Of a DNA stretch of 64,000 nucleotides, positions 36,010 through 46,700 are shown piece by piece. Position 1 is the first letter of the stretch. Each line of letters opens with the position of its first letter. The translations under genes were made by a program, and so were the position numbers. Source of the DNA: a virus (taxonomy: Duplodnaviria; Caudoviricetes); the IMG/VR virus record IMGVR_UViG_2899275550_000002, positions 1,930-65,929 of that record. One strand, 5' to 3'. The notes beneath the pieces are model-generated. The model was not told the DNA's origin. It searched no databases and worked only from the letters and a program-made list of their open reading frames with translations.

Positions 36010-36560
36010 GCGGCTATGCGATTATCGACCCAACAGGGCTGGTCATTGGCCGCGAGGAAGGATCGTCCTTCCTGAACGCCGTGAATGGGGGCGGGGCCTT
36101 CGGAACCGTGGTGCTGTTGAAAGATGGCGAGACAGTCGCGGTCAACCAAACCGCGTTCATCGACAACGAGTTCGTTTCCATCCCCCCGCGGCCTGCGCCT
36201 TGGGCAACCTGGTCGGGATCGGAATGGATCGACCCGCGCACGCCAGCGGACATGCAGGCGGCGCTTTATGCCGCGCGGGATGCCGCAACCCGCGAGAAGT
36301 CGGATTTACTCATGACGATGATGGCCGTGGGCGCACTTTCCCAGGAAGATGCGCGGGCCGCAGCGCGAGGCGAAGTGCCTCCGTCCTACCAAGCCGCTTT
36401 CGATCAACTGCCGCTGGAAGCGCAAACCTATGCCCTGGTGAAGTGGCCTTCGGATCAGGTCATCAGCCGGAACAACCCTATGGTGCTGCTATTCGCCCAT
36501 GAGGCGAACATCACGCCCGAGCAGCTGGACGAGTTTTTCGGCGTCCAGACACCGACCTGA
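36006..36560 (+). CDS. Tail fibre assembly-like protein
   Basis: RPAPWATWSGSEWID motif; directly after the fibre gene. Confidence 0.7.
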   Translation: MSGYAIIDPTGLVIGREEGSSFLNAVNGGGAFGTVVLLKDGETVAVNQTAFIDNEFVSIPPRPAPWATWSGSEWIDPRTPADMQAALYAARDAATREKSDLLMTMMAVGALSQEDARAAARGEVPPSYQAAFDQLPLEAQTYALVKWPSDQVISRNNPMVLLFAHEANITPEQLDEFFGVQTPT

Positions 36561-36576
36561 GAGAGAGGAAAAGACC

Positions 36577-37068
36577 ATGGCGACCAAGATCACCTTCATG
36601 ACCAACCAGCAGGCGCATCACCTGGAGGTCGCAAAGCAGCTGACCGGATCGGATGGGTTCATGTCCGACGCCCGCGCCATCGCAGCCTATCTGCCGGGCG
36701 ACACCGGCATGGACCTGCTGGCCGTGGCCGTGTTCGAGTGTTTCCGGGGTGGCCGTGCCGAGCTGCACCTTGGCTGCGCGCCGGGCAAGCGCCTGACGCC
36801 GGAGATCATCACCACCGTCAGCACGCTTGCCTTCCATCCCAAGTTCTTCGGGGTGGACACGCTGGTCTGCCGGGTTCCGACGCAGAACGTGAACGCGATC
36901 TGCACGCTCCTGAAGATCGGTTTCGAGGTCGAATACCGTGACCGCTCTAGCGTTGTCGGCGGCGGGGATGGTATCGTGCTGTCACTGTCCAAAGAGACGG
37001 TATTGGCCTCTGCCGGGCCTGTCGATGAAGATTACCGGGCCCAGATGGCACCGGTCGAACAGGAGTAA
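36577..37068 (+). CDS. GNAT-fold protein (T7 gp13/DUF2824-like)
   Basis: AELH, NVNAICTLLKIGFEVE; position before the ejection proteins. Confidence 0.7.
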   Translation: MATKITFMTNQQAHHLEVAKQLTGSDGFMSDARAIAAYLPGDTGMDLLAVAVFECFRGGRAELHLGCAPGKRLTPEIITTVSTLAFHPKFFGVDTLVCRVPTQNVNAICTLLKIGFEVEYRDRSSVVGGGDGIVLSLSKETVLASAGPVDEDYRAQMAPVEQE

Positions 37069-37073
37069 GGCAG

Positions 37074-38009
37074 ATGGGCGGCGGTGGCGCACCGAAAGCA
37101 GACCCCAATATCGGTATCGCGGCCCTCAAAAGCGCGGAAATCGGTGAGAAATACCTTGGCTGGATGCAGGAGCAGGCCAAGGTCACGAATGAATGGGCAG
37201 CGGAGGACCGCGCCCGGTGGTCGGACACGTTCAAGCCCCTGCAGGACAGCTATATCGCGGACGCGAAGGCATGGGACACGCCCGGCCGCCGCCAGTCGGC
37301 ATCCCGCGAGGCCATCGCAGATGTGCGCCTGCAAGGGCGCGTTGCGGATGGATCGCGGACCCGGCAAGCGATGGCGATGGGGATAAACCCGAACAGCGGA
37401 CGGTTCCTTGCTAGCCAGCGCGACGGCGCGAATGACATGGCACTGGCGGCGGTCGGCGCCGGGAACATGGCCCGCGACCGGATCGAGGCCCAGGGCGAAC
37501 AGAAGATGGCGAACGCGATCAATCTGGGTTCCGGGTTGGGCGTGAACCCTGCGACCAGCATGGGGCTATCCAACAGTGCCATCAGCGCGGGCGCGAACGG
37601 CGCGATGAGCGGATATGGTCAGCAGGGCCAAATGCTGAACACGCAATTCCAGCAGCAAATGCAGGGCTATCAGGCCAAGCAGGCAAATATCGGGGCCATG
37701 TTCGGCGCAGCAGGATCGGTGGCGGGCATGATGCTGTCTTCCAAGGACGCCAAGACCAACAAGAAGCCGGTCAAGGACGGCATGGGCATCGAGGCCGTGC
37801 GCAAGATGCCGGTCGAGGAATGGGACTACAAGCCGGGCATGGGCGACGGCGGCCACCATGTCGGGGCCTATGCCGAGGACTTCCAGAAGGCCACCGGCAA
37901 GGGCGACGGCAAGACCATCGACATTGCGTCCTACCTGGGCACGCTCACCAAGGCCGTGCAGGATCTGGACAACCGGATGCGCGGCAAGGGCGGGAGGGCG
38001 GCAGCATGA
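37074..38009 (+). CDS. Ejection/internal virion protein with C-terminal peptidase-S74-like domain
   Basis: Gly/Ala/Gln/Met-rich body; SSKDAK...WDYK...HVGAYAED...LTKAVQDL. Confidence 0.7.
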   Translation: MGGGGAPKADPNIGIAALKSAEIGEKYLGWMQEQAKVTNEWAAEDRARWSDTFKPLQDSYIADAKAWDTPGRRQSASREAIADVRLQGRVADGSRTRQAMAMGINPNSGRFLASQRDGANDMALAAVGAGNMARDRIEAQGEQKMANAINLGSGLGVNPATSMGLSNSAISAGANGAMSGYGQQGQMLNTQFQQQMQGYQAKQANIGAMFGAAGSVAGMMLSSKDAKTNKKPVKDGMGIEAVRKMPVEEWDYKPGMGDGGHHVGAYAEDFQKATGKGDGKTIDIASYLGTLTKAVQDLDNRMRGKGGRAAA

Positions 38010-38773
38010 GCCTCGCCAATTCCATCGGCAGCTTCGCGCAGGGTTTTGCAAACGGGGCAACCGCCAAAAAGGACCGGGCCGAGCGCGCCGCCGTCATGGC
38101 GCAGAACGACAGACTGATCGACATGATGGGCCAGCAGATGCAGAGAGGCGGCGCGCAGGGCGGATTCGGTGCCATGCCGCCCGCTGGCGGTCTGGGCTAT
38201 GGCGGGGCGGCCCCGGCCAATGACGGCGCACCCCCGGCCACCGGATCAGCCGGCGCATCTGCAGGCGACTTCAAGCCCGGCCAGACGATCGACCTGTGGT
38301 CCCTCATGGATAAGCACGAGGGCGCAGGGGATTACGATACCTTGTTCGGGCACAGCCAGCGCGACGGCCAGTTCAAGGGCACGCGCATCAGCAACATGAC
38401 CATCGGTCAGGCCATCGACTTCGCCAACCCCCGCGGCGCCTATGGGCAGTGGGTGGCGGGCAAGAACGGCGGGACCGTGGCAACCCCGATGGGCCGTCAC
38501 CAGATCGTCGGCAGCACCTTGAAGCGGGCGGCTGAACAGATGGGGCTGGACCCCTCGACGCCGTTTAACCGTGACACGCAAGACGCCGTTGCCCGGCACC
38601 TGGCCGCCAACCGGCTGCGCGGGGCATCATCGCCCGAGGCCGCCCGCGCGGCGATCCGTTCCGAATGGGTGGGGTTCCGCAAGGTGCCCGACGCCCAACT
38701 TGACCAGGCCATCAGCGGCTTTCGAGAGCAATACATGGGCGGTGGCGTCGGCGCCCGGCCCCCGGTTTCGTAA
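38006..38773 (+). CDS. Ejection protein with lysozyme-like domain
   Basis: HEGAGDYDTLFG, GRHQIVGSTL, FNRDTQD, EWVGF. Confidence 0.75.
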   Translation: MSLANSIGSFAQGFANGATAKKDRAERAAVMAQNDRLIDMMGQQMQRGGAQGGFGAMPPAGGLGYGGAAPANDGAPPATGSAGASAGDFKPGQTIDLWSLMDKHEGAGDYDTLFGHSQRDGQFKGTRISNMTIGQAIDFANPRGAYGQWVAGKNGGTVATPMGRHQIVGSTLKRAAEQMGLDPSTPFNRDTQDAVARHLAANRLRGASSPEAARAAIRSEWVGFRKVPDAQLDQAISGFREQYMGGGVGARPPVS

Positions 38774-38784
38774 AGGAGGCCCCG

Positions 38785-40665
38785 ATGAGCTTGGGTAATG
38801 GATTCGCCAGCTTCGTGAACGGCTTTGTCGGCGGGCGCGACACGCGCGACCGCTGGGAGGATCGCAAGGACAGCAAAGAGCGGCAGAAGGTGCTGGACGA
38901 ATATGAGGCCGAGCGTCAGAAGCGCTTGGGCGACATGCACGGCTGGGCGGGCGAACAGCACCAGTGGGCGGGGCAGACGCACCGGTCGCAGATGACCGAT
39001 GCGCAGCAGCGCCAGCGCCTTGCAGACTTGGGCTGGGAGGACACGCAGGCCACCCGGGCCGCGCTGGCCGAGGCCGACGCCGCGGCCTTCGGCGGGATGG
39101 GCGGCGGGATGGGGGCAACCCCGCCCCCGGCGAACCAGCCCGGCCCGATCCAGACCGCAGCGATATCAACGCAAGGCTCGCCCCCCACGCAGGGCGGGAC
39201 GCCGCAGCTGGGCTATGGGGCCGCAGCCGAGGGCATCCCCCGCCCGGCCATGCCGCTGCGCGATCCGGCCACGCAGCCGCAATACAGCCATGGTACCGCC
39301 GCCCCCGTGGTTGCGCCGCAGCGCGCCGCACAGGAGGGCATGGGGGCTGCGCCCGAGGCCGAGGCCGATCCCCTGCTGGTCGAGAACCCCGATGGCACGT
39401 TCACGCCCCTGCGCGGTCCGCGCGATGCCACCGAGCAGATGGCACTGGCCGAGGCCGCCAAGGCTGGCCGCCTCAAGCAGGGCGATGCGTCCGCAGATCG
39501 TCAGGCGCAGGTCGATGCCGCTGGTATGTCCCGGGCGACCGAGAACCCCGTGGCCCGCGCGCTCCGCCTCGATGAAGGCAATGAGCTGGGCGGCGATGGC
39601 ATGGCGACCCGCAACGTCGCGCAGGCCGGAAAGCACCTGAACCGCACGGCAGTGAAGGCTTATGATGCGGTGGGCAATCAGGCGGTGCGCGGCGGCGAGA
39701 CGATCGCGGCGGGCGTCAACGCCATCAGCAGGTGGATGACCGGCGAGGATGCGGTGAGTGCCCCGGAGCGGTTCGACACGCTCAACCGCAATGCCCCCGC
39801 CTTCCCCGACGCGCCTGCGACGGTGCCGAAGGATGCCGACGAGGGCCAGGCCGCAGCGGCGACCGGCGCGGAATCGGCACTAGAGGCCGCCACCAGCACG
39901 CCCGCCGGAGCCGCGGCGATAGAGGCCATGCCGTCCCTGGGCGTCAAGCCGGGCCAGCCCATGACGCCCGCGCAGATCGACCGCGCCGCGCAGACTCACA
40001 TGCAGAGCTATCGCGACAACGGCCTGCCCATCATCACGCGCGAGCTGATGCGCCAGGGCAAGTTCGCGGAGGCCGAGACGCTGCGGACCTTCGTGAACGA
40101 TGCCGCCGCGCAGGACGGGATGAAAGCATGGTCGGGCGCGGTGTTTGCGGCTCTGTCGGGCGACGTGGACACCGCCGCCGCGCGCATGATCGACGCCTAT
40201 AACAGCAGCGGCTATTTCGATGATGGATTCGAGATCGTCAAAGACAAGACGGACCTGATCCGCGACGACGATGGCACGGTCATGGGCCTGCGGCTGACGC
40301 GGCGCAACCAGTCCACAGGTGAGGAAACGACCGAGGAAGGCACCATTGGCGACGTGATCGAGCGTGGCCTGTGGCTGCTGTCGCCCGAGCAGGCGGCGCA
40401 GCAGTATATGGCCCAGCAGCAGGCCATTGCAGTGCGCCTGGCCGAGATGGACGCCGAGCGGCGCGAGCTGGGTGGCGACATTATCAAGGAGCAGGCCAAG
40501 CAGGCGGATGCTAACGCCCTCAAGCTCATCGAGTTGACCGCTGATAGCCTTGGTCAGCCGACGATGACCCTGGAGGAAGCGCGGGCGGCCATAGCGGGCC
40601 AGGGCGCGCCGGAAGAAGGCTCGGCAGAGGACGATGTGCCGATGCTGCGCCGCCCCGAACGGTGA
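38785..40665 (+). CDS. Ejection/internal virion protein
   Basis: 626 aa, GFASFVNGF N-terminus like the preceding gene, Ala/Gln-rich. Confidence 0.75.
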   Translation: MSLGNGFASFVNGFVGGRDTRDRWEDRKDSKERQKVLDEYEAERQKRLGDMHGWAGEQHQWAGQTHRSQMTDAQQRQRLADLGWEDTQATRAALAEADAAAFGGMGGGMGATPPPANQPGPIQTAAISTQGSPPTQGGTPQLGYGAAAEGIPRPAMPLRDPATQPQYSHGTAAPVVAPQRAAQEGMGAAPEAEADPLLVENPDGTFTPLRGPRDATEQMALAEAAKAGRLKQGDASADRQAQVDAAGMSRATENPVARALRLDEGNELGGDGMATRNVAQAGKHLNRTAVKAYDAVGNQAVRGGETIAAGVNAISRWMTGEDAVSAPERFDTLNRNAPAFPDAPATVPKDADEGQAAAATGAESALEAATSTPAGAAAIEAMPSLGVKPGQPMTPAQIDRAAQTHMQSYRDNGLPIITRELMRQGKFAEAETLRTFVNDAAAQDGMKAWSGAVFAALSGDVDTAAARMIDAYNSSGYFDDGFEIVKDKTDLIRDDDGTVMGLRLTRRNQSTGEETTEEGTIGDVIERGLWLLSPEQAAQQYMAQQQAIAVRLAEMDAERRELGGDIIKEQAKQADANALKLIELTADSLGQPTMTLEEARAAIAGQGAPEEGSAEDDVPMLRRPER

Positions 40666-40714
40666 TCCTGCTTGAGTGAAAGCCCCCGCCCATGTCATAA
40701 CGGCAGGGCGGGGA

Positions 40715-40763
40715 CATAGGACATGGGCTCGCTGATCCACACCCTCGGAGAAGCCCCATGTCC
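40715..40763 (+). promoter_or_regulatory. DarB leader RNA switch
   Basis: CAT-AGGAC-ATG hairpin; GGACATGGG (40719-40727) is complementary to CCCATGTCC (40755-40763), which covers the ATG. Confidence 0.7.
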
Positions 40764-43700
40764 GGCAATACGCCCGCTGCCCGCGCAATTGCGCAGATCG
40801 ACGCCCTCTATGGTGCGCAGACCGCCCCCCAATCTACCGACATCAAGGCGATTTCGCGCAAGACGCGCGTGCCGGTCAATGTGCTGGTGGCGCTGGACGA
40901 GGGCCGCGGCGATCTGAAGGCGGTCGAGGCTCATGCCACCCGGATCGCGCAGGCGGTCGAGGCGGGCAAGCCGATCGAGGATGCCATCTATGAGGTTGCG
41001 GGCGACGAGGGGCGCGGGCGGGCTATCCTGGACACCGCCTATGATCTGGCAGACCGGATGGAGCCCCCTGCCCCCGCCGCCGCCGACAGCGGCAATGATG
41101 GGCGCGTGGGTATCGCGGAAGGCGTGGCCGGGATCGCGCGGGATTTCGGATCGGGGATGCTGCGCGCGGGCGGTGGTGCGCTGGAAGCGGCCGGCGTGGT
41201 GGCCGACGAGGCCGTACGCGGCGCGTTCAGCGATGATCCGTCCCAGGCAACGCCCCTGCGCGGAGCAGGCCGGGCGGCGGGCGACGTGGCGCGCGGCGCG
41301 GGCGAAGGCATCGCGGCGGGGCGCAGCGAGGATTACCAGCGTGTGCGCGAGGGCACGCAGCCGGGCGGCAGTCTGGCGGACCCGTCCAGTTGGTCCCTTG
41401 GCGACGATCCGTCAATGCTGGGCCTTGCGGGCCTGACTGCCGAGGGTCTGGGTTCCATGGCCCCCGTGGTGGCCGCTGGCGTCCTGACCAAGAGCCCGGC
41501 GCTGGCCGGTTCGATCGTCGGCGGCCTGATGGGCGGCGGCGAGGGCGTCGAGACGGGCCGCCAGTTCGTCCAGGACGCGGCCAAGACCCTGGATGAGAAC
41601 GGGCGCCCGGTCATCGAGGGACTGCCGGAATACCAGAAGTTGCGCGAGGCGGGCACCAGCCACGACCGCGCCGTGGCCGATCTGACGCGCCGGGCCGAGA
41701 ACGAGGCCGGGTTCCGGCAGGGCATGGTGGCGGGCCTGGGCGGCGCTGCGACCAACCGCATCCTGATGGGCGCTGACGGCTGGCTTGGGCGCGGCGGGCG
41801 GCTGGCGCGCGCTGGCAAGAAGGGCGCGGCGTCGGCGCTGGAGGAGGGCGCGCAGGAAACCGCAGAGGGCGTGGCCGGGGGCCTGGGCATCGAGGCGGCC
41901 ACCGGGGCCAATGTCGACCTGATGGAGGACAGCTTCGGTGATTTCGTCGCGGGCTCGCTGGCCGGTGGCGCAATGGGCGCAGGCGCGGGCGCATTGGGGC
42001 GCGGAACGGATCGACCGGACCCGCAGCCCGACACCCCGCCTGCCCCGCCCGAGCGGCTGGCCCTGCCCGCGCCCGAGAACGGCGGCACGATCTTTGGCCG
42101 CCCACCTTCCGCCGACATCAACCCGGCGATGCCCTTGGGCCTGCCGTCTCCCACCAACGGCGGAACCATTATCCCCCCGGCACCGGCCCCGCGCCAGCCG
42201 GGCGAGCCAGAGCCGATCACGGTTCGGCAGACCCCCGATTTAGCCGGGCCGTCTCCTGACGCGCCCGCACCCTTGGTCCCGGCTGGCGGCAGCAGCCTGG
42301 ATCAGACCGCCGCGCCTACCCTTTCCTCCTCCCTCGGGGCGGGCGCGGCGGTTCCTGATGCCGGAATGGGTATCATGCCCGTTCCCCCGGTTGCCCCGCC
42401 TGCCGGGCCAGTCGAAGCGATCGCACAGAGCCTTGCGGCGTCGATTCCGGCGCCGGTGGCCGAACCCGCCCCCCGGTTCCCCGATCAGAAGCCGGGCGCT
42501 ACGGTCCTGCTGGGAAGCCCGGAAGGCGCGAACGAGAATGCGGTGTTCCTGCGCGAGACGCCCGAGGGCGCGCTGGTGCGGATTCAGGGCCAGGAGGTCG
42601 AGCTGACGCCCGAGGCGTTCGACGCGGCCCGCAATCAGGCCGAGGTGAACCAGAACCGCGAGGAAACCCCGCGGGGCGATCTGGGCGGCAACTCGGTGGC
42701 GGCATCGGTCGGCGCCAAGAAGCGCACCCCCATTGCCCTGTCGGTCGAGGAAGAATTTGCCCGGCTGAACCCGGAGCAGGCCCGCAAGCGCCTCGACGGG
42801 CTGACGGCACAAGCCAAGCAGCGCGGCTGGGATGCCCGCCGCCGGAACCTGCGCACCATCCTGGAGGGGCGCATTGCACTCGGAGGACCGGCCAATGTGG
42901 AACCCACAAGCGCAGAAGATGGGCCCGAGGGCGGGCCTGCCCCCGCTGGGGTGGATGATGTGCGCGCGGACAGCGGCGAAGGAGCTGCAGCGCGCGGGGT
43001 TCCTGACCAGGAAGGAGCGCAAGCGCCTGGTGGCATGGATCGAGAACCCGGAGAGGGAGCAACCCGACCCGAGCCTGACGGCGGTGCTGTGGGCGGTCTG
43101 GATGTGGCAGGCGACACCGGGAAGCTGGGCGGTTCACTGACCGCAGCCCGCGCGGCCGGGCTGATCACGCACACCACCAAGAAGGGCAAGGCCAAGACCG
43201 GCTATGTGCTGCAAGGCGTGACCAAGGCCGAGGCCGACGCGATCGACCCCTATTCGTTCAAGAAGGACGGCGGCGTGTTCGTAAACGCCGAGCGGGCCGA
43301 TGCGTTCGCGCCTGCTGAAAACGCAGCCAAATCCAACCCGGAGGTTCTCACAGTTGGTGTAGACAAACAGAAGCCCCCCCGTGTAAAAAGGGACACGCGG
43401 GAGGCCTCGAATGACAACGCACCGAATGTCGAAAACGGTCGAGTACGGAACCTGGCAACGGATGAAAGCCAGATGCCTACGGCCGACGCACAAGGATTAT
43501 CCGACATACGGAGGGGCGGGGATAACGATAGCCCCGGAATGGGTGGACGACTTTCCGGCCTTCCTAGCGGAGGTCGGGCTGAAGCCGAGCCCAATCCACT
43601 CGATCGACCGGATCAAGCCGGAACTGGGCTATCGTCCAGGCAACGTTCGATGGGCGACGCCTCAGCAGCAAGCGGAGAACAGGCCGGGGTTCGTCAAAGA

Positions 43701-46700
43701 CTTGGCGGGCAAAACGGCGATGGAAACAGCCAAAGCGGCGGGGATCGTTCCATCGACCCTGTATCGCAGGCTGGCAGTCGGGATGCCGATGGAGAAGGTG
43801 TTGAGCAACCAGCGCCTTCCAACCGGTCCATATCGGAGGATGCTGACCCACAACGGCGAGTCGCTTCCGCTGAAGGTATGGGCGCGGAAGGTGGGGTTGA
43901 AGCCAACGACACTTCGCGAGAGGCTACGGCGCGGCTGGACGGTCAATCAGGCACTGACGACGCGGGTGTAACAGCCCCCGCCGCTGCCCCACCCCCGACC
44001 GGCGTGGCCGCGGCACTGTCCGACGCCGACCAGGCGCGCATGGCAGAGCTGAAGAATAAGCTGGCCGACCGGCTGCGGAACCAGGCCAACAGCGGCCTCG
44101 ATCCCGAATTGCTGGGCATGGCCGTCGAGCTGACCGGCCTCTATGTGAAAGGCGGCATCCGCAAGTTCGGCGCCATGCTGCGCGATTTCATGGCCGACAC
44201 AGGCCTGACGGCGCGCGAATCCCAACGCTACATGCGCGCGGCCTACAATGACGTGCGCGACAATGCCGATCTGAACGGCGAGGACGTGAGCGCGTTCGAC
44301 ACCGCCGATCAGGTCATGGCCGAAGTCCGCGCCGCGCTGGCCGAGCCCGAGACGGCACCTGTCGAAACAGCCACATCGCAAGAATCGCCCGAAGGTGATA
44401 GCATCGGGCAGGACACTCAACCGGAGGGCGCGCCCGATGATCGAAACAGCACTGATGAAGGCGATGGTCGAGCAAGCCCCGACCGAGGCCCGCAAGATCC
44501 AGAAACGCGGCCCGAACGCGCTGAAGGATCACGTCAGCGCCGTGGTCGAGCGGACGCGGGCCAATCTGGACCCGAACCCGACGCAGGACGATCCGGCGGG
44601 CGACGTGATGATGCGCGAGATGGTGATGGCCGAAGCGATGGCCGAGCTGTCGATGGGCAACGACTAGAGCCAGGCCGAAACCACGTTATCCCCGAGGGCG
44701 GCCTTGCCCTAAAAGGCGGCGACAAGACCCGCGCCCGTGCTGCCGTGAAGGCCATCGAGATCGTGCGCGATCTGGAGCGCGAGGGGCGGCCTGCCACCTA
44801 TAATGAACGTCAGCAGCTCGCCCAATACGGCGGTGCGGGCGTCCTCGCCCCTGCCCTGCCCAACAGCGCGGGCAAGATCAGGATGGAGGACATCGCCGCC
44901 GATCTGGACCACCTGCTGACGCCCGAGGAACGGGCGACCATCGAAAAGACCAGCCAATATGCCTTCTATACGGCTGAACCCGTCCTGCGGAATATGTGGG
45001 CGCTGGCGCAGCGCCTTGGCTTCACCGGCGGCCAGGTGTTCGAGCCCGGTATGGGTGTGGGCGGTTTCGCGGGTACCATGCCCAAGAGCGTGTTCGGCCA
45101 GTATTCCGGCATCGAGCTGGATCATGTCACGGCCAAGATCGCCGCGGCGCTTTACCCGCAGTCGCACATCAAGCACGGCGATTTCATCCAGACCCCCATG
45201 CCGCGGGACTTCTACGACCTAGTGATCGGCAACCCGCCCTTCTCGCAGACCAAGATCACCGCCGACCCCGCCTATCCGCAGGGGTTCATGATCCACGACT
45301 ATTTCTTCGCCAAGAGCCTCGACAGCGTGCGGCCGGGCGGCCTGCTGATGTTCGTGACCAGCGCCGGCACGATGAACAAGCGCAACACCAAGGCCCGCGA
45401 CTATCTGGCCGACCGGGCCGACTTGGTGGGCGCGGTCCGCCTGCCCAACACCGCCTTTGCGGAGAACGGCACGCAGGTCACGACCGACATCATCGTGCTG
45501 CGCAAGCGTCTGGAGGGCGAGGCCGAGGCCAACCCGGCATGGCGCGAATCCACGCTGGTCACATACCCGGATGGCAAGGGTGGCACGGTCGATCTGGCCG
45601 TGAACCGCTATTTCCAGGAGAACCCCGAGATGATCCTTGGGGAGCAGGGTGCATTCGACACGCTGGTCGGCGCCCCCCGGATCGGCGTGCGCCCGCGCGA
45701 GGGTGCGAACCTGGCGCGCGACCTGCGCACCGCCTTGGAGAGCTTTCCCGAGCGCATCATGTCGGCCCCGTCTGCCCTGCAGATGATGGACGGCCCCCGC
45801 GATGCCACCAGCGCCGAGACGAAAACCGGCAGCTATTACCTGAAGGATGGCGAGCTGTGGCAGTTCGACGGACGCGAGGGCAAGCCGGTCCAGCGCAAGG
45901 GCAAGAGCGGCGGCGGGATGACCAAGGGGGATTACGAGCTGATTACCCAGCTGGTGCCCATCAGGAACGCCCTGCGCGCCGTCTATACCGCCGATCTGGC
46001 CGAGACGGATGCCACCGCCGCCCGAGCGGAGCTGAACCGCCTCTATGACGCCTTCGTGGAAAAGAACGGCCCCCTGAACAAGGTCGAGGAAAGCTATCGC
46101 CGCCCGTCCGCTGTTGAGCTGGAAGGGCTGCGCCAGCGTGCGGCCGAGGACGCGCGGTCTGCCGGGCTGGATTTCGACACCGGCAGCTTCGATGCCGGGC
46201 CGCTGATCGAGGCAGAGGCCAGCATGGCCGCCATCGCCCGCGCGCGGCGCGAGGCCTCCCATGAGCCGGGATACCGGGAAGGCACGTTCAACCCCGATGC
46301 CGTGCCCGACAAGGTGATCGAGAAGTTCCCGAACATGGACCCCTTCCGGGGCGATCCCGAATCCTTCCGGCTGCGCGCCATCGAGAAGTTCGACCGGGCA
46401 ACCGGCCAGGCCCGCAAGACCCGCGTGTTCACCGAGAACGCGGTGAAGAAGGCCACCGCGCCCAAGATTAATTCCCCCGAGGATGCACTCCTGCACCAGC
46501 TGGCCGATACCGGGCGGATCGACATCGACCGGATCGCGGAGGCATCGGGATCGACGCCTGAGCGCGTCCGCGCCGAGTTGAAGGGCAAGGTGTTCGAGAA
46601 CCCGGCCACGGGCGAGATGGAGACGCGGACCCGCTACCTTTCGGGCAATGTGCGGCGCAAGCTGGCCGAGGCGCAGGCCGCCATCGCACGCGACATCCGC

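Noticed and set aside
32908-36560. Diversity-generating retroelement or invertible tail cassette
   Set aside because: No reverse transcriptase, template/variable repeat pair or invertase seen
43411-43971. HNH as an intein or group I intron ORF
   Set aside because: An intein would be in the DarB frame and no splicing motifs were seen; I could not recognise a group I core by eye and splicing is unnecessary because the frame is open. Not formally excluded
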